Of a DNA stretch of 64,000 nt, positions 40,246 through 49,646 are shown piece by piece. A program made the translations under genes and the position numbers. The notes under the pieces were generated by a model. It was not told the DNA's origin. It saw only the letters and a list, made by a program, of their open reading frames with translations, and searched no databases. Each line of letters starts with the position of its first letter. Position 1 is the first letter of the stretch. This stretch comes from Acidobacteriota bacterium (GTDB taxonomy: Bacteria > Acidobacteriota > UBA890 > WLXD01). Location of the stretch: assembly GCA_965248695.1 (NCBI GenBank), contig CBDFKD010000002.1:3584001-3648000 (forward strand). Direction: 5' to 3'.

Positions 40246-41853
40246 ATGAAACGGCGCGAATTCTTGAAGGCTGCCGCTGCGGCATTCGTCGTTCCCGGGC
40301 AAGCACTGGCTCAAAGCGGGCACGACCTGGCCCTCGTCAATGGTCGAATCGTGACGATGGATGCTGCCCAACCGTACGCCGAAGCCGCGCTCGTCAGAAA
40401 CGGCAGAATCGTTGGGGTGGGCTCGAACGGCGATGTCGAACGAGAGGCGGGAGGAGTAGACCGGTTCGATGCCGAAGGGCGCGTTGTGGTGCCTGGCTTC
40501 GTCGACACCCACGTGCATTTCGAGCTGACCTGTCTTGCTCGTCAGTACCAGGTTGCATGCCACACACCCCCGCATCGCTCCCTCCGGGGGATCTTCGAGA
40601 CCTTGAGATCCAGTGCGGCCGGTACGCCGAAGGATCGGTGGATTGTTGGCCGAAGCTCTTTCAGCCTGCGCGGTAAAGTCGAAGAGGGACGGCTCGCCAA
40701 CCGGCATGAGCTGGATGCGATAACGACGGATCACCCCCTGGCGCTCTTCTCCGGGCTTCACGTAGCGATGCTGAATACGCGCGCGCTGCACGAGCTCGGG
40801 TTGTGGGATCGAGCGCAGAATCCCCCGCGGGGCGTCTATATCGATGTGGAACCGTCGGGCACACCAAGCGGTCTGGCTACCGAGGTATGGGACCTGATGC
40901 CGGCATACTCGGTCGATGAGGTGATGCTGGCGCTACGCAATCACGCAGAGGACGTCTTCGTGTCGAAAGGCACGACAACGATCGGCAACATTCCGTATTC
41001 CGCCAACGATCTTCGCGCCGATCAGGCGCTCCAGGCACGAGGTGAGTTGCCAGTACGTCTTCGTGCCTATCACCACGTTCCGCGTACCGTGTCACTGACG
41101 TCATTGCTCGACGCCGGGCTCGTGTCTGGCATGGGAGATTCCATGTTCAGGTTCGGCGGTATCAAGATCTTCATCGACGGGATCGGGTATGACGCGCTGG
41201 GCAACGTCCTTGACGATTCGAAATGGACGCGGAGTGAGCTAAATGAGTTCGTATCAGGTGCCCATGCTGCGGGTATCCAGCTCATCATGCATGCGCTTAC
41301 CACCAAAGGAATGCTGATGGCAGCGGATGCGGTGGAGGAGGCCATGCGTCGCGATGGCCGGCCGCACCGCCATCGCATCGAACACGCCGGCGGTCTGCTG
41401 GAGCGCCCGGAGGAGTTTCAGCGGCTCGCATCACTCGGCATTCTGCCCGTCGTGACACCGCACTTCTGGCAGCGCGAGGGTAATGCGGTGCCGAAATTCA
41501 AGACATTGATAGAGCGTGGCTTGCAGCCAGTGATGGTGACTGACACCACCGGCACAGTGCCTGGCTCATCCGCGCCACTTCGAAACATGGCCGCGTCGAT
41601 GGTGGAATCACAACACGGCGGTGCAGCGCCAAACACTGCCGAAACGCTGACGTTCGAGCAGGCATTGCGCATGAACACGGAATGGGCCGCTTACAGCATC
41701 TTTGAAGACCACGAAAAGGGCACGATCACGCCAGGCAAGCTGGCTGACTTCGCCGTACTCTCAGAGGATCCGGAGACCCTGGGCGGCCCCGATCTGTTCG
41801 ACATGGGTGTCGATGCGACAATCCTGGGCGGCCAGGTTGTGTATCAGTCCTGA
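40246..41853 (+). CDS. Tat-exported amidohydrolase_3 (YtcJ-like)
   Basis: MKRREFLK; PGFVDTHVH; KIFIDG; RHRIEH; GKLADF. Confidence 0.92.
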   Translation: MKRREFLKAAAAAFVVPGQALAQSGHDLALVNGRIVTMDAAQPYAEAALVRNGRIVGVGSNGDVEREAGGVDRFDAEGRVVVPGFVDTHVHFELTCLARQYQVACHTPPHRSLRGIFETLRSSAAGTPKDRWIVGRSSFSLRGKVEEGRLANRHELDAITTDHPLALFSGLHVAMLNTRALHELGLWDRAQNPPRGVYIDVEPSGTPSGLATEVWDLMPAYSVDEVMLALRNHAEDVFVSKGTTTIGNIPYSANDLRADQALQARGELPVRLRAYHHVPRTVSLTSLLDAGLVSGMGDSMFRFGGIKIFIDGIGYDALGNVLDDSKWTRSELNEFVSGAHAAGIQLIMHALTTKGMLMAADAVEEAMRRDGRPHRHRIEHAGGLLERPEEFQRLASLGILPVVTPHFWQREGNAVPKFKTLIERGLQPVMVTDTTGTVPGSSAPLRNMAASMVESQHGGAAPNTAETLTFEQALRMNTEWAAYSIFEDHEKGTITPGKLADFAVLSEDPETLGGPDLFDMGVDATILGGQVVYQS

Positions 41854-42004
41854 GGCATTCCGAATCGCACGAGGCAAAGACCAACGCCAGCAGAGATCAG
41901 TATTCCGAGGTGGTGGCTGTTACGTCAGGGCTCTCGGTGTCATTTCGGTATCAAGGTCAACTGGCAAACCGCTCGTTTTCGATCGGCGGCGGCCTCAACG
42001 AGAG

Positions 42005-42051
42005 ACCAACCCGTAAGTTCAAGCCACGTCAAGGGATAGCAACTATCGTCA
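42005..42051 (+). repeat. 47-bp dispersed direct repeat, copy B (att-site-like)
   Basis: 44/47 identical to 19847-19893. Confidence 0.85.
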
Positions 42052-42065
42052 GCGCGTCGCTTGAA

Positions 42066-42091
42066 CACACGGTGGAAGTCCCAGGTTCGAA
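42066..42091 (+). other. Degenerate 3'-half tRNA fragment (Val-CAC-like), not a functional tRNA
   Basis: CACACGGTGGAAGTCCCAGGTTCGAA fits anticodon CAC, 3' anticodon stem, variable loop and T-arm start; no acceptor stem or D-arm. Confidence 0.55.
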
Positions 42092-42175
42092 CTGAGTCGC
42101 TGCTATACGGACGCCAGAACTAGGCGCGAAGGATCTCGGAGTACCCGCTAGCTTGACAGCACCTTTGGTCGAGCC

Positions 42176-44956
42176 CTATCGGGGAGGGCCCGCCTGCCGC
42201 AGCCTCAGCTTCGGGGCTCCTACAGGCACGAGCCCGCCGGTAGCCTTCCACTCATCTGCGTAGCGCCGCTTCGACCACGCACTCAGATCGATGGGGCCCG
42301 TGATGGAGACGCTGCGAAACTCGTCGCCGACAATGTTCGCGGGGAAATCGAGGTCGCTGGGCTCCATCTCCACCAGCGCCAGCCCGGAGCTTCCGAAGTG
42401 GAAGTTGAGCTGCTCGCCCGCCCGCAGATTCCATAGCGTCGGCACGGAGGTGTAGGGGGCCTCGTCGGGCTGCCCGACGTGAAAACGCTTCCCAAAATAC
42501 GGCAAGGCCGGCGACTCGCGGGCGCGATACTCGTGCGCCAGCAAGGGATTGTCGCCGAAGAACGGTTCCCAAGCCCACGTCGCACGGCCGACGAGGCTGA
42601 GGGCGAAATCGCAGACGGTGTCGAGATCGACGTCGGCCGACGTGGGCCCGATCGTCATGTACAGGTACATGTCTTCGTAGGAGTGCTCGGAATGTGGCAA
42701 GAAGGTCTCGTGGAACCAGCGCCCGAACAGGACGTCGAGTGCTTCGTTGAGGATGGTGATCTCGAGCACGATGCCGCCTGCATCTGAAGAGACGCGCCGC
42801 AGATCGAGGGCCCAGATCTGGATCGGGAAGTTGAACCACGGCATCGGGTCGAGGCGTTTCCATTCCTCGTATAGCCAAAGTCTCCACCGATTCTCGAGAG
42901 CTTCCTCGTTGCGCGCGTACCAGCCGCCGAACGACGCGAACTCAGCGTCCGCGATGCCCAGCACCTTCTTCGCTGCGGCGCGATCGAGCGTAATCCGCGC
43001 ATCAAGAAAGTTCTCCCACCCGTAGTAGCCCCAGTACTCCTGCAGCCGGTAGACGGCCTCACGCTCCCGCGAGCCGTAGCGCAGGTGCCCCTCGAAGAGG
43101 GCCGTACCGCCGACAACATCCGGTTCGACCCCGCCCATCAGGTTGGTGGGGAGGAAGCCGGCGCCTCGGGATCCGCCGCCGATCGTGTCGATGGTGATTT
43201 CGGAGAGGTTCCGTCCGCTCACTCGCAACCGCATGCCCGAGGCGGTTTCGGAGAACGGCTCCACATCGTCGCCCGAGAAGTACGGAGTGGTCTGGTAGGA
43301 GACGGGAAACTCAAGGCGGTTCACGCGCACGTAGTCGTTCTTTTCATACTGTTCCCAGCGGTCGGCGACCATCGGGACGTCGAGGAAGTCGTAGAAGTCG
43401 TAGCGAACGACGCGGCCACCAGGGCCAGGCAAAAGCGGCGGCGTCGGCGTCAAGGACGGAGTGGGAAACGGCGGGATGACGCGTTCGGGATCCACATCGC
43501 CGACGGGCCGGGGTCTCTCAGGCCGCTTGAACAGCGCTCTGGATGCTGCCTCGGGGACCGCACGCAGCGAGACATAGGGCTCGCCCCACGGGAGCAGACC
43601 ATCCGGATGCTCGTCGTCCGCCAAGCGCAGCCACGAAGCCGGCTGCCAGGAGCGCGACCACGAGGCGAGGTCCATCGGTCCGCGGAACGTGATGCCGCTC
43701 GAGTCGCTTTCGATCTGTCCGGGGAACTGGCTCAGCGGCGGCTCGGAAGACGCTAGGCCGAGCGTCATCCGCCCCTTCGGCGCAACGTCGGCGAACGACA
43801 GCGTGAGTGTCTCGCCCTCGCGCAGATTCCAACTCGCCGGCACGTACTCATAGCCGCGGGCGCGGGAGTAGCCCTTGTCAGCGTAGTCGATACCGGGGGA
43901 CTCGTAACTGGACTCGTCGACGTACTCGGCCGCAAGGTTGGGCACGTCGGCGAAGCTCGGCTCGAAAGCCCAGATCCCGCGGGCCCGGGTTTGGGTGAGC
44001 GCATACTCCACGAGGGTATCGAGCGCGAGGTCGGTCGCGATCGGGCCTATGGTCATCTCTAGTGTCATATCGCTGAGCGAGCTGCTCTCGAAGTTGCTGC
44101 GCAGCGCCTCTTGGAGCCATCGAGACCAGAGGATGTCGCCGGCCATCCCGACCCAGTCGAGAACCAGGACCAGCGAATCGTTCCCGGGCTGGCGAACCGC
44201 GGAGACGAAATCGACGCGCCACGTTTGGAGGGGTGTGTCGAATGCGTAGCGAACGTCGAGCCGACCCTCGCCCCCCACGTGGACGTCGCCGCCCTCGTCG
44301 TTGAGCCACCACCACCAGGCCTGTTCCAGCTCCTCCTCGTGCGACGCAAACCAGCGCTCGAAGCGTCTGAACTGGCCGTTGCTGAGGCCGAGCACCTTAC
44401 GCGCCGCGGCGCGGTCGAGCTCCAGCGTCAACACGGTCTCGCTCTCCCACCCGTGATAACCGAACCGCTGCGGGATCTTGAGCTCGTTGGCGCGCGCCCG
44501 GTCGATGAATCGCATGGTGGCGCTTAGGCGAGCGACGCCACCCGACGGCGGGTGGCCGAGTCCACCCATCAGGTCGTAGGGCAGAAACCCCGTCTTCTGC
44601 GCCGCTGGAGAACGTGTGCCGCCGATCGTATCGATGGTGACGTGCGTCAGGTCCCGCGCGACCACGTTCAGCCGCGCTGGCGCGTAGAGGGTATTGAATG
44701 CCCGGATGCCGGGGAAAAGCCGTGGCCCGTCTACATACGTGCTCTCGTGGGTGATCGGGTGCTCGAAGCTCCGGGCCCTGACGAAGCCGACCGCCTCACG
44801 CTGCCGCCAGGCGTCCTCGACAAGCGGTCCGTCGAAGAAGCCATACCACGTGTAGTCCACGCTCGGCGTGATGCGGTTGCCGGCCGTGGCTGAGGCAATC
44901 GCGGCGAGCGTTGCGGCCACGAGCGCGACGAGTGCAGCGATACGTGGGAAACGCAT
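42176..44956 (-). CDS. Secreted 926-aa hypothetical protein with two homologous ~400-aa domains
   Basis: Signal peptide; repeated TIDTIGG, GFLP..LMGG, LDRAAA.KVLG, MTIGP, WNLR.GE; Pro-rich linker. Confidence 0.88.
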   Translation of the reverse strand: MRFPRIAALVALVAATLAAIASATAGNRITPSVDYTWYGFFDGPLVEDAWRQREAVGFVRARSFEHPITHESTYVDGPRLFPGIRAFNTLYAPARLNVVARDLTHVTIDTIGGTRSPAAQKTGFLPYDLMGGLGHPPSGGVARLSATMRFIDRARANELKIPQRFGYHGWESETVLTLELDRAAARKVLGLSNGQFRRFERWFASHEEELEQAWWWWLNDEGGDVHVGGEGRLDVRYAFDTPLQTWRVDFVSAVRQPGNDSLVLVLDWVGMAGDILWSRWLQEALRSNFESSSLSDMTLEMTIGPIATDLALDTLVEYALTQTRARGIWAFEPSFADVPNLAAEYVDESSYESPGIDYADKGYSRARGYEYVPASWNLREGETLTLSFADVAPKGRMTLGLASSEPPLSQFPGQIESDSSGITFRGPMDLASWSRSWQPASWLRLADDEHPDGLLPWGEPYVSLRAVPEAASRALFKRPERPRPVGDVDPERVIPPFPTPSLTPTPPLLPGPGGRVVRYDFYDFLDVPMVADRWEQYEKNDYVRVNRLEFPVSYQTTPYFSGDDVEPFSETASGMRLRVSGRNLSEITIDTIGGGSRGAGFLPTNLMGGVEPDVVGGTALFEGHLRYGSREREAVYRLQEYWGYYGWENFLDARITLDRAAAKKVLGIADAEFASFGGWYARNEEALENRWRLWLYEEWKRLDPMPWFNFPIQIWALDLRRVSSDAGGIVLEITILNEALDVLFGRWFHETFLPHSEHSYEDMYLYMTIGPTSADVDLDTVCDFALSLVGRATWAWEPFFGDNPLLAHEYRARESPALPYFGKRFHVGQPDEAPYTSVPTLWNLRAGEQLNFHFGSSGLALVEMEPSDLDFPANIVGDEFRSVSITGPIDLSAWSKRRYADEWKATGGLVPVGAPKLRLRQAGPPR

Positions 44957-45003
44957 TGAAAACAGATAGTACTCTGCCGGCTATGCAACGATGGCACCGT
45001 CAA

Positions 45004-45180
45004 CTCAATACGTGGTACCGGCGCACGACGGACGGCGGGGCGAAGTGGAGTGACCCGGTCCGCATGTCGGATCGCGCCGACGGCGCAGCCTACAAGAGCA
45101 AGAAGGGTTCCGATTCCCGTACGGCGACTATCTCGAGATCGCGCTCGGAGCTGAGGACGGGTCCTCCGTCCTCCGAGAGG
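45004..45180 (+). pseudogene. Fragment of BNR/Asp-box (sialidase-like) gene
   Basis: NTWYRRTTDGGAKWSDPVRMSD...then frameshifted FPYGDYLEIA. Confidence 0.6.
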
Positions 45181-45224
45181 GGATCGCGCCGCTCGGTAGC
45201 TGTCGGGCATCCCGAGACGAGCAA

Positions 45225-45674
45225 TCGTATTGAGGATCCTGCACGCAAGTCGCACCTCCACGCGTTGGCCACCAAGGTGCGACTCCTCATGCCTCCGCCG
45301 ATGATCGTCTTGTATCGATAGATCGCGTTCTCGACCATGGCGCGCTTGCTGTAGCCGGATCGCGTGTGCCACTCGCGTCGACCGCGAGGTGCAGCTTCCG
45401 CCAGGCTCTGTGCTTCGGTGGCTTGCGTAGATGGCCGACGTGAATCCGGAGCCCCGTGCTGTCGATGAATAGGTGGATAGGTCGATCGCTAGCGACCGCA
45501 CGAAACGGGATCTCCACGTACAGCATGTCTGCGAGAGCACGCAGGAAGCCCTCGGTCTGCCGGGGCGGAAGGTGGAAGACCATGCGGATCGTGAGAGCTA
45601 CCTCGATTGCGCAACTCCAGATCGGGGACCTTGCCACGACGATGCACTGAGATCAGGACCCATGCACCAACGCC
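45225..45674 (-). mobile_element. IS5-family (IS903 group) remnant with internal deletions
   Basis: LTIRMVFHLPPRQTEGF, IDSTG, WRKLH, YSKRAMVENAIYRYK; IR-like CATGCACCAACGCC at 45661-45674. Confidence 0.85.
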
Positions 45675-45812
45675 TCCCACGGCAGTTGTCAGTGGCGTAT
45701 CGGTTGGACACCGGCAGTGGCGCTCGACGATAGTCCGGTATCCTTCGGTCTACCCAACGCTTGCTGGAGCAAACACGCTGATGCCGTGTGTTCACAAAAA
45801 GGTCTTCAAGGA

Positions 45813-46751
45813 ATGAGGATCGTCATCTACGGCGCGACCGGGTATGGCGGTCAGGAACTGCTGCGCTACCTGGCAGGACACCCGCGGTTCGAGGTCGCGG
45901 CCGTTGTGAGCAGGAGCAACACCGGTCGGTCGATCGGGGAAACGCTGCCGCAGCTCGACGGCTTCTATGGCGACCTCCGGTTCCAATCCCCGGACGAGCA
46001 GCTGCCGAGGGACGTAGACGGCGCATTTCTCGCCGTTCCGCACGGCACCGCCGCGGATCTCGTTGCTGGCCTCCCGGATAGGTTGCGCATCGTGGACCTC
46101 TCGATGGATTTCCGGAGCGAGCAAGATGGCTTCGTTTACGGTCTTACGGAAACGACCCGCGAGCAGATTCGAGGTGCGTGCCGCGTCGCCAACCCGGGCT
46201 GCTTCGCAACCGGTGCGCTGCTCGCATTGGCACCGTTGTATGGTCGCGGCACGCTCGCTGGCGACGTCGTCCTCGCACAAACGACCGGATCCTCAGGCTC
46301 CGGCGCACGCGAGAAACCGACGACTCATCACCCCGAGCGGGCTCAGGACATGCGCGCCTATAAGGTGCTCGCTCACCAGCATCTTGCCGAGATGGAAGCG
46401 CAGATCGGTGGCGGCTGCACGCTCTCGATGATCCCGCAGAGCGGCCCTTTCTCACGCGGCATCTTCACTGTCGCTCACGTACGAACGGATCTCGATATCG
46501 TCGAGCTCTATAGAGAACATTACAAGGCCGAGCCCTTCGTGCGGATGCGCGACGACACGCCGGCCCTGCGGCACGTAGTGCGCACGAACTTCTGCGACCT
46601 CACCGTGCACGTCAAGGACGGCCGCGCGGTAATCCTGTCGGCGATTGACAACCTCGGAAAGGGTATGGCGGGGCAAGCGATACAGAACATGAACCTCCTT
46701 TTTGGCCTGGAGGAAACGGAGGGGCTCCTGCTCCCGGGGACGAACCCGTGA
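45813..46751 (+). CDS. argC: N-acetyl-gamma-glutamyl-phosphate reductase
   Basis: GATGYGG, VANPGCF, GSSGSG, IDNLGKGMAGQAIQNMN. Confidence 0.93.
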   Translation: MRIVIYGATGYGGQELLRYLAGHPRFEVAAVVSRSNTGRSIGETLPQLDGFYGDLRFQSPDEQLPRDVDGAFLAVPHGTAADLVAGLPDRLRIVDLSMDFRSEQDGFVYGLTETTREQIRGACRVANPGCFATGALLALAPLYGRGTLAGDVVLAQTTGSSGSGAREKPTTHHPERAQDMRAYKVLAHQHLAEMEAQIGGGCTLSMIPQSGPFSRGIFTVAHVRTDLDIVELYREHYKAEPFVRMRDDTPALRHVVRTNFCDLTVHVKDGRAVILSAIDNLGKGMAGQAIQNMNLLFGLEETEGLLLPGTNP

Positions 46752-47890
46752 ACAGGGCCGAAGTGCTCGCTGCTGCTGAGCATTGCGAGGTCCCCGCGTA
46801 TTCTCGCGTGGACATCGTTGCCGCCCGCGGGGAAGGCGCCCGCGTCTTCGACACGAATGGCACCGGTTACCTCGATCTGTACGGCGGCCACGCCGTCGCG
46901 CTCCTCGGCCACAGCCCGGCGCCGGTAATCAAAGCTATCGTGACCCAGGCGCAAGACCTTCTGTTCTATAGCAACGTCCTTCATGTACCAGCTAGGGCGC
47001 GTGCAGCCGAACGTCTTTGTCGGCTCGCTCCTTGGGAGGACGCGAAGGTCTTCTTCGTCAACTCCGGAACCGAAGCGAACGAAACGGCGCTCAAGATCGC
47101 CCGCAAGGCGACAGGTCGCACGACGGTCGTGTCCTTCGAGGGTGGATTCCATGGCCGGACACTCGGTGCGTTGGCAGCTTGCGGTCTCGGCGACTACCGC
47201 GCGCAGGCCGAGGGCGTCATCAACGGCTATGTATCTGCCGCTTTCAACGGATCCGTCGAGGTCATCGATGACAGCGTGGCCGCCGTCCTAGTCGAACCAA
47301 TCCAGTCTATGGGCGGCATGAGAAAAATGACGCCGGAGTTCGCTCAGGCGCTGCGCGCGCGATGCAACCAGACCGGTGCCCTTCTCATCTTCGACGAGGT
47401 CCAGACAGCGCCCGCGCGGACGGGTTTCTGGTTCGCAGGTGAGGGTTGGAAAGTAACGCCCGACCTGATCACGACAGCGAAGGGCATTGCGTCGGGTTTC
47501 CCTGCAAGTGTGGTTCTGACAAGCGGGGACGTCGCGACGACGGTGCAGGCCGGCGACCAGGGAACCACCTTCGGTGGCGGGCCCCTCGCATGCGCCGCCG
47601 TTGACGCTACGCTCAGGGTACTCGTGGAACGCGACGGCCCTGCACTCGCGCGCTCGATCGAAGCGCGCGTGAGAGCCGGCTTGCCCGGAGCCGAGATCCT
47701 CGGCCGTGGGGCGCTTCTCGGCCTTCGAGTGGCGGACCGCGATGCCACGAAGATTCTACGAGAACGGTACCGTGTCCTGGCCGGTGGCTGCCCGGGCGAT
47801 CAGAGGATCGTGCGCCTGCTTCCGCCGCTCACCATTACCGAGTCAGAGCTGGAGGAAGGCATCGCGGCCCTCCAGAACGTGGCCGAGTGA
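46748..47890 (+). CDS. argD: Acetylornithine aminotransferase (class III)
   Basis: NSGTEANE, FHGRT, FDEVQT, TAKG, GTTFGGGP. Confidence 0.88.
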   Translation: MNRAEVLAAAEHCEVPAYSRVDIVAARGEGARVFDTNGTGYLDLYGGHAVALLGHSPAPVIKAIVTQAQDLLFYSNVLHVPARARAAERLCRLAPWEDAKVFFVNSGTEANETALKIARKATGRTTVVSFEGGFHGRTLGALAACGLGDYRAQAEGVINGYVSAAFNGSVEVIDDSVAAVLVEPIQSMGGMRKMTPEFAQALRARCNQTGALLIFDEVQTAPARTGFWFAGEGWKVTPDLITTAKGIASGFPASVVLTSGDVATTVQAGDQGTTFGGGPLACAAVDATLRVLVERDGPALARSIEARVRAGLPGAEILGRGALLGLRVADRDATKILRERYRVLAGGCPGDQRIVRLLPPLTITESELEEGIAALQNVAE

Positions 47891-48816
47891 ACGATAACGA
47901 CATATTCGTCCTCCTGCAGGCGCTGCCCTACATCCGGCAGCACAAGGGTGCGACCTTCGTATTGAAGTGCGGTGGGGAAATCGCCCGCAACGCCGAAGCG
48001 ATCGAGCATTTCGCCACAGACGTCGCGCTTTGCGCTCATGTCGGCATCCGGATGGTCGTCGTTCACGGCGGTGGGCCCCAGGCAACCGAACTCTCCCAGA
48101 AACTCGGCCACGAGCCCACGATCATCGCTGGCCGCCGCGTAACGGACGACGCCACACTCGAGATCGTCAAGATGGTCTTCGCCGGTCAGATCAACATCGA
48201 TATTCTAGGCGCGCTGCGGCGGCACGGCGTTCAGCCGGTTGGAGTAAGCGGTGTGGACGGAGATCTCATACATGCCGTACGCCGGCCCAAGACCGAGATG
48301 CACGACCCTGAGACCGGCCAGCGGAAGATCGTGGACTTCGGCCACGTCGGCGACATAACCAGCGTAAACACACGCCTCTTGGTCAGCCTTCTCGACGGAG
48401 GCTATGTACCGGTTCTCGCCTCGCTCGGCAGCGACGACCACGGCGCCATCTTCAATATCAATGCCGACACCGTCGCCGCGCGGATCGCCGTCGACATGGC
48501 GGTGGACAAGCTCATCGTTCTCACGAGCGCACCAGGCCTACTCACCGACCCCGATGACCCGAGCAGCCTCGTATCGCACATCAGCGCATCCCGCTGTGAT
48601 GAGATGCTCCGCTCCGGCGCCGTGCACGGCGGTATGGTGCCCAAGGTGGAAACGCTGGTCGCGGCCGTCCGCGGCGGTATAGCCCGTGCGCACATCCTCG
48701 ACGGCACGAGCCCCCACAGCCTACTCGTCGAGCTGTTCACCCAGCGTGGAACCGGAACGATGGTGACAACACAAGAGGAAGAGTTGCACTACATGGAGGA
48801 ACGCCCCGACCCTTAA
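47887..48816 (+). CDS. argB: Acetylglutamate kinase
   Basis: QALPYI, KCGG, VHGGGP, GRRVTD, NINAD, GGMVPK. Confidence 0.95.
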   Translation: MNDNDIFVLLQALPYIRQHKGATFVLKCGGEIARNAEAIEHFATDVALCAHVGIRMVVVHGGGPQATELSQKLGHEPTIIAGRRVTDDATLEIVKMVFAGQINIDILGALRRHGVQPVGVSGVDGDLIHAVRRPKTEMHDPETGQRKIVDFGHVGDITSVNTRLLVSLLDGGYVPVLASLGSDDHGAIFNINADTVAARIAVDMAVDKLIVLTSAPGLLTDPDDPSSLVSHISASRCDEMLRSGAVHGGMVPKVETLVAAVRGGIARAHILDGTSPHSLLVELFTQRGTGTMVTTQEEELHYMEERPDP

Positions 48817-49019
48817 CGGTTGGATTCCAGGTCTGCCAGAACCGGGCAGACCTCCGAGTCGCCCTCGCGGAGATGGTCGTCACACTTGCCGATGCTCGCG
48901 CTTAGATCACGCTCCACCGCGCGGAGCAAACGGAGCTTCCGGCGAACTGTCCGGCGTTTGGTAGTGAGACGGTCTCAAACGGTCGCCCAACTGTCGGAGG
49001 GATGGTCTCGCAATTCGAT

Positions 49020-49270
49020 GAGCCCACCGATCTCTGCCAGCGGATCTCGCCAAGCTTCTTGAGCCGTCGGGACAGAGTCGTATGGTCGGGAATAGGGATC
49101 TCCACGTCCAGCATGTCTGCGAGAGCACGCAGGAAGCCCTCGGTCTGCCGGGGCGGAAGGTGGAAGACCATGCGGATCGTGAGAGCTGCCTCGATTGCCA
49201 TGTCCGCGTAGGTGTTGGCCGCCGGGTTTCCCGCTCGGTGGAGCCCGCCAGGAGTCGCGGGCATCGGCGG
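49020..49270 (-). mobile_element. IS5-family (IS903 group) remnant
   Basis: WRAPPSGKPGG..YADMAIEAALTIRMVFHL..PDHTTLSRR; about 100 bp shared with 45510-45610. Confidence 0.85.
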
Positions 49271-49314
49271 ACCGGTGCATAAAAGCGTCGTGCACTTCGA
49301 ACAACGAGACCGAA

Positions 49315-49646
49315 CTATGGCTGCCAGACTCCGATCCCGTCCTCAAAGACGAAATTCGTACCAAAGGGTGCCGACAGGCGCACGACGAGATCGATGATCT
49401 CCTTTGCTAATTCGCCCTGCGCGAGACGCGGCGTGCCTCGCGTAGTTCTTCCGTCGCCATGCCAGAGAGCGTCCTTGTGGCCCATTTCGATTGGATGGAG
49501 CTTGAGCTCTACCATCCGGTGCCCCTTGAACACGGGGATCGCGACCACGCTCTCGAACCACACCGCGTTCTCCGGCAGCATGGCGTACTCGCCCTTCTGC
49601 CCCTCGGGGTCGTAGACAGCGCTGGCCAGAGCGTCGGGGTCGACGA
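49315..49646 (-). pseudogene. CapA-family gene, 3' part
   Basis: Joins 16847-17913 in frame across TCGT: FDVV|DPDALAS...WFESVVA...RGTPRLA. Confidence 0.9.

Noticed and set aside
42040-42120. Complete tRNA gene
   Set aside because: No acceptor stem or D-arm, T-stem incomplete; kept only as a fragment
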